A stretch of 63,900 nt of DNA, counting the filler, from Nitrospinota bacterium (GTDB lineage Bacteria; JAUXIQ01): the NCBI GenBank assembly GCA_030620925.1. It is 11 parts of 11 records of this genome, joined end to end, with 100 filler letters (N's around TTAATTAATTAA, not from the genome) between each part and the next. Parts side by side here need not be neighbours in the genome. Positions count along the whole stretch, not along the records: positions 29,290 to 35,348 come from JAUXIQ010000138.1; positions 35,449 to 40,543 come from JAUXIQ010000182.1; positions 40,644 to 47,888 come from JAUXIQ010000093.1; 8 more parts are not named here. One strand, given 5' to 3'. The notes below the pieces were generated by a model. That model was not told the origin of the DNA, did not search any database, and saw only the letters and a program-made list of their open reading frames with translations. This document shows positions 30,187 through 40,645 of this stretch, in pieces. How positions within the stretch are numbered: position 1 is the first letter of the stretch; every line of letters starts with the position of its first letter. The position numbers were made by a program, and so were the translations under genes.

Positions 30187-33100
30187 TCAGAGGTGTGATA
30201 ACTGCTTGTGGTAGGATTGGATCGAACCAACGGTAGGCTCTACACCCTTACAGCTCAAAATAGCCCGGACAGCGGATTCAGCCCCCCTGAAGGTAGTGAA
30301 CAAAGGAACCCTGAAATCTACCGCCGCCCGCCTGAGAACCCGATATGAGTCTTGCGAATTTTTTAAGTCCGACAGGCATATTATCATGGCCACCTTTTGA
30401 TTCTCCACGGCATCTATAATGTCCTCGTCGTCCATCACCTCTCCCACGGAGGTGGAATGAGCGGCAGTGAACAGTTTATGGGTATCACGCGTGGATATGA
30501 TGTTGAAGCCTGCCTCGTTAAGCTTATCCGCCAGCTCCATTAAGGCCGGACCCTTATTTTGCAACTGAGTGTGCATTACCACCGTTCCCTCCAGAGGCAG
30601 GGGGCTGTTAGCCGCCTCCTGGGCCTTGAAATATGCCTGACCAAAATCGCTGTCCACACCCATGACTTCGCCCGTGGAGCGCATTTCAGGCGCCAGCACC
30701 GGGTCCACACCGGAAAACTTGTTGAAAGGAAACACTGATTCCTTGATAGTGATGAAGGGCGGCTCGGAATAACTCTTGAGGTTGAAATCCGATAGCTTCT
30801 TGCCCAGCATAAGCTTGGTGGCGATCTTTGCCAGCGGCCTTCCCATGGTTTTGCTGACGTAAGGCACGGTGCGAGAGGCCCTGGGGTTGGCCTCCAGGAA
30901 GTAGACTTTACCTCCCACCAGCGCACACTGTATGTTTATGAGCCCCAGCACCTTGAGTTCTTTGGCCAACCTGGTGGTATAGTCCACTATTATTTCCTTC
31001 ACCTCCGGCCCTATACTCATGGGAGGGATGACGCAAGCGGAATCCCCGGAGTGAACTCCGGCCTCCTCGATATGCTCCATGATGGCGGCCACGAATACCT
31101 CCTCACCGTCGCACAGTGTATCTACATCGAGCTCCACGGCGTCCTCGAGGTACTTGTCCACCAGGATGGGATATCCCGAGCTTACGCTGAACGCTTCTTC
31201 AAGGTAGACCTTGAGATCATTATCATTGGTCACCACTTCCATGGCCCTGCCCCCCAGGACGAATGAGGGCCGCACCAGCACGGGATAGCCTATCCTCTTC
31301 ACCACACCCATCGCTTCTTCCTCGGTCCGGGCGGTGCCGTATGGGGCCTGCGGAATTTCCAGGCGATTCAGAATTTCGGCAAACTTCTCCCTGTCCTCAA
31401 CCACCTCCATCATGAGCGGGTGTGTGCCCAAAATATTGACCCCCGCCCGGTGCAAAGGAAGAGCGAGGTTAACCGAAGTCTGGCCGCCGAACTGCACGAT
31501 GACCCCGTCCGGTTTCTCCCGTTCCACCACGTTCATAACGTCCTCGAAGGTGAGCGGCTCGAAGTAGAGCTTGCTGGAAGTATCAAAATCGGTGGATACC
31601 GTCTCGGGATTGTTGTTGATCATGATGGAATCCACACCCTCCTCCCGCAGGGCCAGGGAGGAATGAACGCAGCAATAATCGAACTCTATGCCTTGCCCTA
31701 TCCTGATGGGCCCGCTTCCGATGACTATCACCTTTTTCACATCCCGGGGGTTGGCTTCATCCTCACCCTCGTAAGTGGAGTAGAGGTAAGGTGTTCTGGC
31801 TTCGAACTCGGCGGCGCAGGTGTCTACCATCTTGTAGGTGGGGATCACGTCATTGGCCACTCTGAGCTCCCGGATTTCCCCTTCCGTCTTCCCGAAAAGA
31901 TGGGCCAGTTGCCGGTCTGAGAAACCCATCCGTTTGGCTTCTTTGAGGGATTTACCGCTGATACCGCTGAGTTCGAGCCCGTCGGCGAATGAGAGCAGCT
32001 TCTCCAGCTTTTTCAGAAACCAGCGGTTGATGCCCGTGAGAGCGTGAATCTCATCTATCGACATGCCGTTGCGAAGGGCGTCGTAAATGTGAAAGATGCG
32101 CTCATGAGTCCCCAGCTTCAGCAGCGTTTCAAGCTCCTTGCGGTCGGTGACCGGTTTGTCCTTCCCATCGAAACAGTATCCGTGGCGACCTATCTCCAGC
32201 GATCTCACCGCCTTCTGGAAAGCCTCTTCGAAGGTGCGTCCTATGGCCATCACCTCGCCCGTGGATTTCATCTGAGTGCCGATAACCGGCACTGCGTCGC
32301 GGAACTTGTCGAAAGGCCAGCGTGGGATTTTCACCACAACATAGTCTATGGTGGGTTCGAAAGCCGCAACCGTCTCCCCGGTGATGTCGTTGGGGATTTC
32401 GTCCAGCGTGAGACCCACGGCTATCTTGGCCGCCACCCGGGCGATGGGGTAGCCGGTGGCCTTGGAGGCCAGTGCGGAGGAACGGCTCACCCTGGGGTTG
32501 ACCTCTATAATCCGATAATCACCGTTGAGATAATTGAGACCGAACTGTATGTTACACCCCCCCTCCACCTTCAAAGCCCGTATGATCTTTATCGCCGTGG
32601 TGCGCAGGGTCTGGAAATCATGATCGTTCAACGTCTGGATGGGGGCCACCACGATGCTGTCCCCGGTGTGGTAGCCCATGGGATCGAAGTTTTCCATGGG
32701 GCATATGATTATGCAGTTGTCTTTCCTGTCCCGCATGACTTCCAGCTCAAACTCGCCCCATCCGTCCACGCCCAGGATGGCCTCTTCAACTAGAACCTGG
32801 TTTACCATGCTCTGGGCCAGGCCGGTCTTTAACGACTGCCGGAACTCCTTCTCCTCAAAAACCAGCGCGCTTCCCGTGCCCCCCAGGGTGTAGGCGGGCC
32901 TGATAACCACGGGGAACCCCACTTCCTCTACAAACGCCAGGGCGTCTTCCAGCGAGCTTACAGCCCTGCTGATGGGGATGGGTTCCTCTATGGACTGCAT
33001 TAGTGCGCGGAACCTGTCCCTGTCCTCGCCGTCGCGGATCGCCTCCACCGGCGTTCCCAGCACGCGCACACCATACTTTTCAAGGACGCCCGCTTCCTCC

Positions 33101-33414
33101 AGCTCCTCGGTTATGTTGAGGCCGGTCTGCCCCCCCATCGTGGGAAGGAGACCCTGGGGGCGCTCTTTTTCTATGATGCGCGCCACCGTTTCCGGGTTGA
33201 GGGGCTCCACATATATGGCCTCTGCGGTCTCAGGGTCGGTCATTATGGTGGCCGGATTAGAGTTCACCAGCACCACTCCGTAACCTTCTTCCTTCAGAGC
33301 CTTGCAAGCCTGAGTACCCGAATAGTCGAACTCCGCGGCCTGCCCTATAACTATAGGGCCGGAGCCGACGACCATGATCTTTTCTATGTCGGTAAGCCTG
33401 GGAATGCCAACCAC
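30187..33414 (-). CDS. carB: Carbamoyl-phosphate synthase large subunit (true start possibly ATT at 33405)
   Basis: GSGPIVIGQAAEFDYSG, duplicated ATP-grasp domains, IGQGIEFDYC, C-terminal MGS domain. Confidence 0.97.
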   Translation of the reverse strand: MVGIPRLTDIEKIMVVGSGPIVIGQAAEFDYSGTQACKALKEEGYGVVLVNSNPATIMTDPETAEAIYVEPLNPETVARIIEKERPQGLLPTMGGQTGLNITEELEEAGVLEKYGVRVLGTPVEAIRDGEDRDRFRALMQSIEEPIPISRAVSSLEDALAFVEEVGFPVVIRPAYTLGGTGSALVFEEKEFRQSLKTGLAQSMVNQVLVEEAILGVDGWGEFELEVMRDRKDNCIIICPMENFDPMGYHTGDSIVVAPIQTLNDHDFQTLRTTAIKIIRALKVEGGCNIQFGLNYLNGDYRIIEVNPRVSRSSALASKATGYPIARVAAKIAVGLTLDEIPNDITGETVAAFEPTIDYVVVKIPRWPFDKFRDAVPVIGTQMKSTGEVMAIGRTFEEAFQKAVRSLEIGRHGYCFDGKDKPVTDRKELETLLKLGTHERIFHIYDALRNGMSIDEIHALTGINRWFLKKLEKLLSFADGLELSGISGKSLKEAKRMGFSDRQLAHLFGKTEGEIRELRVANDVIPTYKMVDTCAAEFEARTPYLYSTYEGEDEANPRDVKKVIVIGSGPIRIGQGIEFDYCCVHSSLALREEGVDSIMINNNPETVSTDFDTSSKLYFEPLTFEDVMNVVEREKPDGVIVQFGGQTSVNLALPLHRAGVNILGTHPLMMEVVEDREKFAEILNRLEIPQAPYGTARTEEEAMGVVKRIGYPVLVRPSFVLGGRAMEVVTNDNDLKVYLEEAFSVSSGYPILVDKYLEDAVELDVDTLCDGEEVFVAAIMEHIEEAGVHSGDSACVIPPMSIGPEVKEIIVDYTTRLAKELKVLGLINIQCALVGGKVYFLEANPRASRTVPYVSKTMGRPLAKIATKLMLGKKLSDFNLKSYSEPPFITIKESVFPFNKFSGVDPVLAPEMRSTGEVMGVDSDFGQAYFKAQEAANSPLPLEGTVVMHTQLQNKGPALMELADKLNEAGFNIISTRDTHKLFTAAHSTSVGEVMDDEDIIDAVENQKVAMIICLSDLKNSQDSYRVLRRAAVDFRVPLFTTFRGAESAVRAILSCKGVEPTVGSIQSYHKQLSHL

Positions 33415-33446
33415 CTCCCATTAATACTCTTGATGCAACGGTCCCA

Positions 33447-34529
33447 TCACGCACCACGTAATATATCGGCCACCATATCGAACCAGTGGTCCATGTCACG
33501 CGGCCCGGGATTGGCCTCGGGGTGGGCCTGAAAACCGAAGACAGGCATCGACTCGTGCTCCACGCCCTCCACGCTGTCGTCGTTGAGGTTGACGTGGGTG
33601 ACCCGCAGGCCCGTGCCTTCCAACGATTCCCGGTCCACGGCGAAGCCGTGGTTCTGGCTGGTGATGAAAGTCTTTCCGCTGATCAAATCCTTCACCGGCT
33701 GATTGGTGCCTCGATGGCCGAACTTGAGCTTATAGGTGTTTCCGCCCAGGGCCAAAGAGATTATCTGATGCCCCAGGCAGATGCCGAAAACGGGATACTC
33801 CCGGTGTAGCTCGCGCACCAGGTGAACGGCGGATTCCACTCGCTGGGGGTCGCCCGGTCCGTTGGAGACCAGTATACCCTGTACTCCGCTCTCCTCCACC
33901 TCTTCCGGGCGCACCGTGTAGGGGAACAGGTGTACGTTGATGTCCCTTTTCAACAGCGATCTTATGATGCTGTGCTTCACGCCGCAGTCGATGAGGGCTA
34001 AAGACTTCTCGCCCGACTTCCCGTAGGTAACCGACTCACTTGTGCTCACCCGGCCCACCAGGTCGTAGCTGGAAATATCCTCCCTGGCCAGGGCCGCCTT
34101 CAATACTTGGTCGGGGTCGATGGGACTGCGGGAAACCCACAGCGCTCCGTTAATGACCCCGTGCACACGGATGCGCCGGGTAAGCGCCCTGGTGTCCACG
34201 CCGGTGATGCCCGGTATGCCATGCTCCTTGAGGAAAGGGTCCAGGCTCTGAGCCGAATCCCTGTGCTGGGGATAATCGCAGAGTTCCCGCACTACCAGCA
34301 CGTCCACCTGGGCGCGGTCGGATTCGAACCGTTCGGCCCTCACACCGTAATTACCTATGAGAGGATAAGTAAAGGTAAGTATCTGGCCTTTGTAAGACGG
34401 GTCGGTGATGGACTCTTCGTAACCCACCAGGGAGGTGTTGAACACAACTTCCCCCTCGGCCCGGCCCTCTGCTCCGAAGCCGGCGCCCTCCATAACTGTC
34501 CCGTCCGCCAGGGCTAAAACGGCATACAT
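33447..34529 (-). CDS. carA: Carbamoyl-phosphate synthase small subunit
   Basis: TDPSY.GQI, SNGPGDP, GICLGHQ, HPEA. Confidence 0.96.
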   Translation of the reverse strand: MYAVLALADGTVMEGAGFGAEGRAEGEVVFNTSLVGYEESITDPSYKGQILTFTYPLIGNYGVRAERFESDRAQVDVLVVRELCDYPQHRDSAQSLDPFLKEHGIPGITGVDTRALTRRIRVHGVINGALWVSRSPIDPDQVLKAALAREDISSYDLVGRVSTSESVTYGKSGEKSLALIDCGVKHSIIRSLLKRDINVHLFPYTVRPEEVEESGVQGILVSNGPGDPQRVESAVHLVRELHREYPVFGICLGHQIISLALGGNTYKLKFGHRGTNQPVKDLISGKTFITSQNHGFAVDRESLEGTGLRVTHVNLNDDSVEGVEHESMPVFGFQAHPEANPGPRDMDHWFDMVADILRGA

Positions 34530-34575
34530 GCCCCTCGATCCATGATATATGGTGAATGGTAAGGAAGACCGCGTG

Positions 34576-34603
34576 AAAAACCCGCCGGCGATTACCGGCG
34601 GGT
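34576..34603 (-). terminator. Terminator/attenuator hairpin in the carA leader
   Basis: ACCCGCCGG-TAATCG-CCGGCGGGT followed by TTTT on the minus strand. Confidence 0.65.
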
Positions 34604-34629
34604 CGGCTCAGTATCTAATATCACCGCAA

Positions 34630-34657
34630 AGTATAAACCAAAATGCTCTATTTGCAA
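34630..34657 (-). promoter_or_regulatory. Sigma70-like promoter for carAB
   Basis: TTGCAA-16 nt-TATACT. Confidence 0.45.
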
Positions 34658-34831
34658 GTGAAATAACCGACCGGTTGCCGGAGGACTTCATCAAAGTTTC
34701 ACCACAAACCCTCTTAAACGTTCTGAAAAATTGCCCGAACTATGCCTTCCGGTGATACCTGGAAGATGCTCCCGCGGAACAGCGACCGCGCAGAAACCGA
34801 CGCAGGGCGTGGGTTGCTTCCAGCCGCCGAC

Positions 34832-35348
34832 TCACAACTCGTAGGTGTGGTACTCGTTCTGGCAGGGGTTCCCCACAGCCACGTGCATGAGGCCCGAAGC
34901 AGGCCGGGAAATCATAGAAGAGATGGTCTTCAAAGTGGCCGACTCCGCCTCAGGGTCACTCAACTGATGCCGACAAATGGATTGAGGGTAGTTGTGGTGA
35001 TCCTTGAGAATCTCCATCATGGTCTCCACGGAGAGGGACCCGCTGTGCTCTGTGAGCAGCTCTTTCATGCGTTTTGCTCTTATGGCCGTATCGGGATGCT
35101 CAGGCAGTAACTTGTCGTGCTCCATAAGCTCGGGGATCAAGTAGTCATTAGCGTGGGCCAGGAAACCGTTTTCAGGGCGCAACACGCCGTCCCCCTCCAC
35201 CAACGTCTCCACATCGGCGATGACACCCGAGGCATGGGCCAGCACGTAGTTGCACGAAGAAGCCCGCCCGGGCGCGTCTGAGCTCGCTGATTGCCGCATC
35301 AACGCTCTCCTGTTCGAGCATCCTCCGGAAAAGAACGTAGCGCGGAAC
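34832..35348 (-). CDS. Peptidase C45 / acyl-CoA:6-APA acyltransferase family (5' truncated, frameshift near 35270)
   Basis: VPRYVLFRRMLE...+1 shift...RASSCNY, HAND, DHHNYPQSICRH, GNPC. Confidence 0.78.
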
Positions 35349-35448
35349 NNNNNNNNNNNNNNNNNNNNNNNNNNNNNNNNNNNNNNNNNNNNTTAATTAA
35401 TTAANNNNNNNNNNNNNNNNNNNNNNNNNNNNNNNNNNNNNNNNNNNN

Positions 35449-37640
35449 AGTGCTATCTGATTGATGGTCTTGACTATCTTGGCCGTCTTATCGGATGAGG
35501 TTTTGATTTTGTCAATGGCCTCTGACAGCTGGTTTATGCTCTCGGCGCCCTTACCGGCGCTTTCCCGCGCACTGTCGGAAATGCTCCTGGCCTCCTTGGC
35601 GTTGGCGGTGTTCTGCCTGGTCGTGGCGGACATCTCCTGCAGGCTGCTTGCCACCTCTTCCAACGACCCCGCCAGCTCGGAGGTGCTCTGGGAGAGGGTC
35701 TGGCTTCCGGCGTTTATCTGGCCCGAAGCCGAAGTTACCTGCTCCGCGGCCAGGTCCACCTGCAGCAGACCCTGGTCCAGGTTTTTCACCGCCTTGTTGA
35801 GTGCGTCTTTTATCTTGGAGTACTCGCCCTGGTATTCGCCCTCCACACGGGCGGTCAGATCGCCGTCCGCCACCTTGAGCAGCACGTCGGCAGCTTCATT
35901 AATGGGATTGCTTACCTCGTCCAGCATCTCGTTCATGCCCCCTATCAGATCGGCGTAGACTCCCTCGAACCCGGCGGTATTACCTCGCTGGTTCAGGTCT
36001 CCACCCCGGGCGGAGGTGATGAGCGACTTCATTTCGTCGACGAGGCCGTGCATTGACTGCGAGATGCCTATGAAGTTCCTGGACAGGACGTCCCGCTCAG
36101 ACTGCGGAGTTACCTCGTATGAAAGATCGTTCCTGTTGAGTGCCTCTGCGGCGCCCGCCAACCCCTTGATATAGTCGATCAATTTTCTGAAGGAGTCGGC
36201 GAGGACGCCTATCTCGTCGCCCGAGCGGTAATCCATGGTCTGCTCGATATCGCCTTCGGCGATCTTTATGGACGAACGCACCATTTTGCCCAAAGGGTTT
36301 GCGATAGTGCCCGCAACCCCCAGGGCCACCGCGAGGATGGCGATCAAGGATATTACCACCACCAGTCCGATGCGTATCAGGAGGGCCCTGGTGGCCAGAG
36401 CGGAGCTTATCTCCATCTTCTTGATGGGGGCGAACGCCTCCGCTTCGTCTATTTCCGCCAGAAGCGCCCAGGTTGTCCCCCCGATGTCCACGGGTGTATA
36501 GGCGGAGAGCACCGGGTTGCCGTTGTAATTGATGATGATCTCCTTACCCGTCTTACCCGCCAGGGCCGCCGCCGTGGCGTCGGTATCCACGCTGCCGTTT
36601 CTGGAATTCTTGAAAGAGGCGACGACGCTGTGGTTCTTGGGGTCCAGGTAGGAGTCGGAGCGCATCAGGTTGTCCGGCCCAACCAGGTAGGTCTCCCCCG
36701 ACCTTCCCATCCCCGACCGGTCGGCCATGATTTTATTGAGCCGGCTGATGGGTATCTGGAATATGGCCACGCCTATCTTCTTGCTGCCGTCGAATATCGA
36801 CGAAGCGATAAAGCTGGCCGGTGCTTCATAGGAAGGAGTGTAGGGGGCGTAATCGATCAGAACCACGGTGTCTTTATAAGGTGAAGCGTTGGCCTTCTCG
36901 AACGCTCTACCGAAGTTCGTCCGGGCGTAAGGGCCGTCGATCAGGGAGGTGGAGAAGTCCACTTCTTTGAACACCGAATAGACGATGTCCCCCGTCTCGG
37001 CGTCGACCAGGACTATGTCGTAATAGCCGAACTTCTCCAGGTAGCTCCTGATCACGGGGTGCACCTTTCCGTGCAGTACGCTGTAGCGCGAATCGTCGTC
37101 GGCCCGATCCAGCAGGTGCTTGGAGCCCAGCGGGTTGACGTTGGCCTCTATGTAGAAAGCCTGGAGGGCGACGGAATCGTCGTCAAGCTGTTCGAAAGCG
37201 GCTTCGGCGTTCGGAGCTCTGCCGCTATTCTGCTTTTTGTATTCTATTGTGAATTCGCTCGTGTAGTATGTGAGCAACTCCTTTCTAATCCGCTCCACCA
37301 TTTCATCGGTGATTTCGTTGTCGGCGCGAAAATCACGGAAGAAATCCTTAAACTGCCTCATGGCGTCAACCACCATTTGGTCTTCCGAGAAGGTGATGAT
37401 CTGGTTGCTGATCTTCTGGAAGTGACGCTCTATCGCACTGCGTTTTATTTCCCGCACCGCCTCGAGCTGCGCGAACGTCTGCGCCTCCAGTGATGCGGCG
37501 GCCTGCTGTTCGGCGTCTCTCAGCGCTCCGTCGGCCTTGCTGTAGGAAATCCAGACTGCAGCCGCCAGAGGGATGATCCCCACCAGAAGAAACAGGATGG
37601 TCAATTTTGGTTTCATCTTGATGTCAGACAACCTGAGCAT
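35449..37640 (-). CDS. Methyl-accepting chemotaxis protein with Cache sensor and HAMP domains (3' truncated)
   Basis: Two TMs, periplasmic Cache domain (FGYYDI, GETYLVG), DEIG HAMP, MCP signalling helices. Confidence 0.92.
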
Positions 37641-37680
37641 CTTCCCGTCCTCTTTTTTCTCGCCCTGTTACTGGTGCACC

Positions 37681-38343
37681 TCAGTTATCGCTTGGCTCGT
37701 TGTCGGTGTCTTCGTCGACGGCTGCGGATTCGGCTGCCTGGTCGGTTTCTGTCGGTTCCGACTCCGAAGACTGGCGAGCGGCCTCGCTTGACTCAGAGAC
37801 GTTGTAGGTGGCATCGTTTGACATCTCATTGATGTCTATCACTTCCTGGGTGGTCAGTACGTTTTCGATATCCAGCAGGAGAATGATCCTGTCTCCGGCT
37901 TTACCGATGCCCAGGATGTAGTCGGTGTTGACCTCCGTGCCGAAAGTGGGAGGGTCGTCGATGCTATCGTCTGCGATTTCCATTACTTCAGATACCCTGT
38001 CCACCATGATGCCCATAGTCACACCCGCCGCCTGGACCACTATCATGCATGTCTCTTCTGTCTGCTCGGTAGACGGCATGGCGAACTTCAGCCGCAGGTC
38101 TACTATGGGGATGACCTTACCCCTAAGGTTGATCAATCCCAGAATGAAATGCGGGGTGCGGGGGACCGAGGTGATACTCATTATCCCGATGATCTCCTGC
38201 ACCTTGAGAATTTCGATGCCATACTCTTCTGAGCTGAGGAAAAAGGTCAGATACTTGCCTCCCAACTGGCTGGTGTCCCGTTTGCCTTCGCTGAGCTCAT
38301 GTGCTAACTGCTGAGTTGCAACTCCCATTGTTCCGTCGTTCAT
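37681..38343 (-). CDS. cheW: Chemotaxis coupling protein CheW
   Basis: YLTFFL..EEYGI, VPRTP..GLINLRGKVIPIVDLR; acidic tail. Confidence 0.95.
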   Translation of the reverse strand: MNDGTMGVATQQLAHELSEGKRDTSQLGGKYLTFFLSSEEYGIEILKVQEIIGIMSITSVPRTPHFILGLINLRGKVIPIVDLRLKFAMPSTEQTEETCMIVVQAAGVTMGIMVDRVSEVMEIADDSIDDPPTFGTEVNTDYILGIGKAGDRIILLLDIENVLTTQEVIDINEMSNDATYNVSESSEAARQSSESEPTETDQAAESAAVDEDTDNEPSDN

Positions 38344-38931
38344 AATTTTCTCCTTACTGAAAAAACGGATTTACTTCTCAATGAAGGGGTGCGTCCTTAT
38401 TCTCACCCCCGTATTTATAAAAAAGGCATGTAGCCATAGACCGACCTTATCGGTATGGCCGCCGGCGAAGGCCGTTAACGGTTTTAACGATGTCGATTCC
38501 GGGGACATCGCCTTTCCCTTCAAAAGCATTTTAAAAACCTCCGCCTTCAACTACCGCCTTGTAAAACAGTGATAGTTTATTTATCGTCCGCTCATTTTGA
38601 GACCATTAGCGTATCCCGATGTTCAATAACGATAAATACCGCGCAACTTGAGAGAATACGTTTTTCTGGAGCTTTCGATCATACGGTGGGGCTTTGGCGG
38701 GAGAAATATGGTTGCCAACTCTGCGTGCTTCAGATATATTTGTAGCACGCGGGGTTTCCCAAAAGCCCCACGGGGCCGGGATGATGAACTCCTTTAGCGA
38801 GGATTCAGCCTCATCTTCCCGGCTTTAGTTTTTATAGCTCCCCATGCACCTCCTTATCTGTTTTTGAAAACACTTCTTGACGTTTATGAATCGCCAGCGT
38901 ACTTCGCTGCCCGGAAATAACAAATAAAGTT

Positions 38932-40542
38932 TTAATTGTCAGTCAAAACTTTGGAAACTGTTCTTATCAATTCGGGTAAATCCACGGGCTTCTTGACGTA
39001 CGCCACTTTGGTTTCCTCCAGGAATTGTTGAGTGTCTTTGTTGATAACATCCCCGGTAGAGATAATGAATTTTTCCAGCCTGGAGGGATACTCTGCTTTT
39101 AAAGTTTCATAGAGCTCTCTACCGCTCATCCCGGGCATTTTCAGGTCGCATAAAATGATGTCGAACTCATCGCCGTTGGAAATATAATCAAGGGCTTCAT
39201 TGCCGTCTGTTACCATAACCGCTTCCCAGTCGTATCTGGCGAACAGCTTGCTGTAGAAGGTCAGGATATCTTTTTCATCTTCCACGATTAATGCTCTTTT
39301 CTGAGCGGGGAGGGTATATCTTCCCCCGGAAAAGCCCGGTTCTTCTTCCGCTACTAATGGTTTTGTGATCGGTAAGCTGATGGCGACCTCGGAGCCCTTG
39401 TCGGGCTCACTGCTTATTTTTATGTTGCCGCGATGGTTCCTGATGATGCCCAATGAAACGCTCAGGCCCAGACCTGTTCCCTCACCGACATCTTTAGTGC
39501 TGAAAAAGGGGTCGAAAACCCTGTTCAGAACGCTCTTATCCATGCCGATTCCGTTGTCTTTAAATGAGACTACGATGTCGTCTCCTATCCGATTGGAGGT
39601 TATCACAATATTTCCCGGCGTTTTCTTTTCTAATATTGCTTGCTGGGCGTTGCTGATAACGTTTAGAAATACCTGCTCCATCTGGTTCTCATCCACCATG
39701 GTCTGGGGCAGCTCGCTGTCCAGATCGAACCAGACCGAGATGTTGTCGGCGGTCAGATGATAAGAAATAATGCTGAGCACCTGTTCGATGCAATCGTTGA
39801 TGGAAATAAGTTTCTTTTCGGGGACGACCTCCCTGGTGAAAGAAAGGAGGTTGTTTGTAATGGTTCTGCAGCGGTCTACGCTTTTTATTATCGCCTCATA
39901 GTCTTCCCTTTTTTCCTCATCGCCGGCGAGGAGCAGCATCTGTGTGCGGCCCAGGATCACCGAGAGGGGATTATTCAGCTCATGCGCGACGCCTGATATG
40001 AGCTCGCCGGTGGCCGAAATTTTTTCCGCCTGAATCAACTGTTGCTGAAGGGTCGAGCTCTTCAGCGCCACACCTATCTGTGCCCCCAGGGCTTCCAGAA
40101 GCCTGACGTCGTCCTTTGAGATGGATTTTTCTTCTCGAGTAACCATAGGCAAAGAGCCCAGGATTTCCTCCTGGCTTCTAATGGGAACTATTACAAAGCC
40201 CTTGAATCCTTCATCTTTGGCGGCCGGCACCTTCATCATCGGGTGATTGGAGAAATCGCTTCCGTAGAGGGATTGCCCTGTCTTTGCCACGTGGCCGCTT
40301 AGGCTGTCTTCCACGCTCAACACGCTGACATTTTCCAGGTACTCTTCGGGCATAATTGTGTGGACGAAGGAGTGCAGGTTTTGGCCGGCATCGTCCAGAA
40401 GGTAAATGCCTCCTGTCGTGAGCCCGACGAAATCCAATGCCCGATCAAGCGCTTTCTCCGACACCTGCGTTATATCGAAGGGTTTGTTGAGCATGTCCAT
40501 GATGCTGTTCATGAAGGCCATTTCCCGGTTGGCCTTCTGCAG
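38932..40542 (-). CDS. Hybrid sensor histidine kinase GAF-HisKA-HATPase-REC (5' truncated)
   Basis: VAHELNNPL H-box, N/G1/F/G2 boxes, receiver domain DLKMPGMSG. Confidence 0.92.
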   Translation of the reverse strand: MQKANREMAFMNSIMDMLNKPFDITQVSEKALDRALDFVGLTTGGIYLLDDAGQNLHSFVHTIMPEEYLENVSVLSVEDSLSGHVAKTGQSLYGSDFSNHPMMKVPAAKDEGFKGFVIVPIRSQEEILGSLPMVTREEKSISKDDVRLLEALGAQIGVALKSSTLQQQLIQAEKISATGELISGVAHELNNPLSVILGRTQMLLLAGDEEKREDYEAIIKSVDRCRTITNNLLSFTREVVPEKKLISINDCIEQVLSIISYHLTADNISVWFDLDSELPQTMVDENQMEQVFLNVISNAQQAILEKKTPGNIVITSNRIGDDIVVSFKDNGIGMDKSVLNRVFDPFFSTKDVGEGTGLGLSVSLGIIRNHRGNIKISSEPDKGSEVAISLPITKPLVAEEEPGFSGGRYTLPAQKRALIVEDEKDILTFYSKLFARYDWEAVMVTDGNEALDYISNGDEFDIILCDLKMPGMSGRELYETLKAEYPSRLEKFIISTGDVINKDTQQFLEETKVAYVKKPVDLPELIRTVSKVLTDN

Positions 40543-40645
40543 CNNNNNNNNNNNNNNNNNNNNNNNNNNNNNNNNNNNNNNNNNNNNTTAATTAATTAAN
40601 NNNNNNNNNNNNNNNNNNNNNNNNNNNNNNNNNNNNNNNNNNNCC

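Noticed and set aside
38420-38525. Hairpins just upstream of cheW as a c-di-GMP riboswitch
   Set aside because: The GGCAAA...GCAAA and tetraloop/receptor pattern of class I, and the class II core, could not be aligned.
38790-38815. GCTGAATCC on the minus strand resembling the c-di-AMP (ydaO) riboswitch 5' end
   Set aside because: The downstream conserved elements (GGAACC, CCCG..CCCG.CAGCTAAC) are absent.
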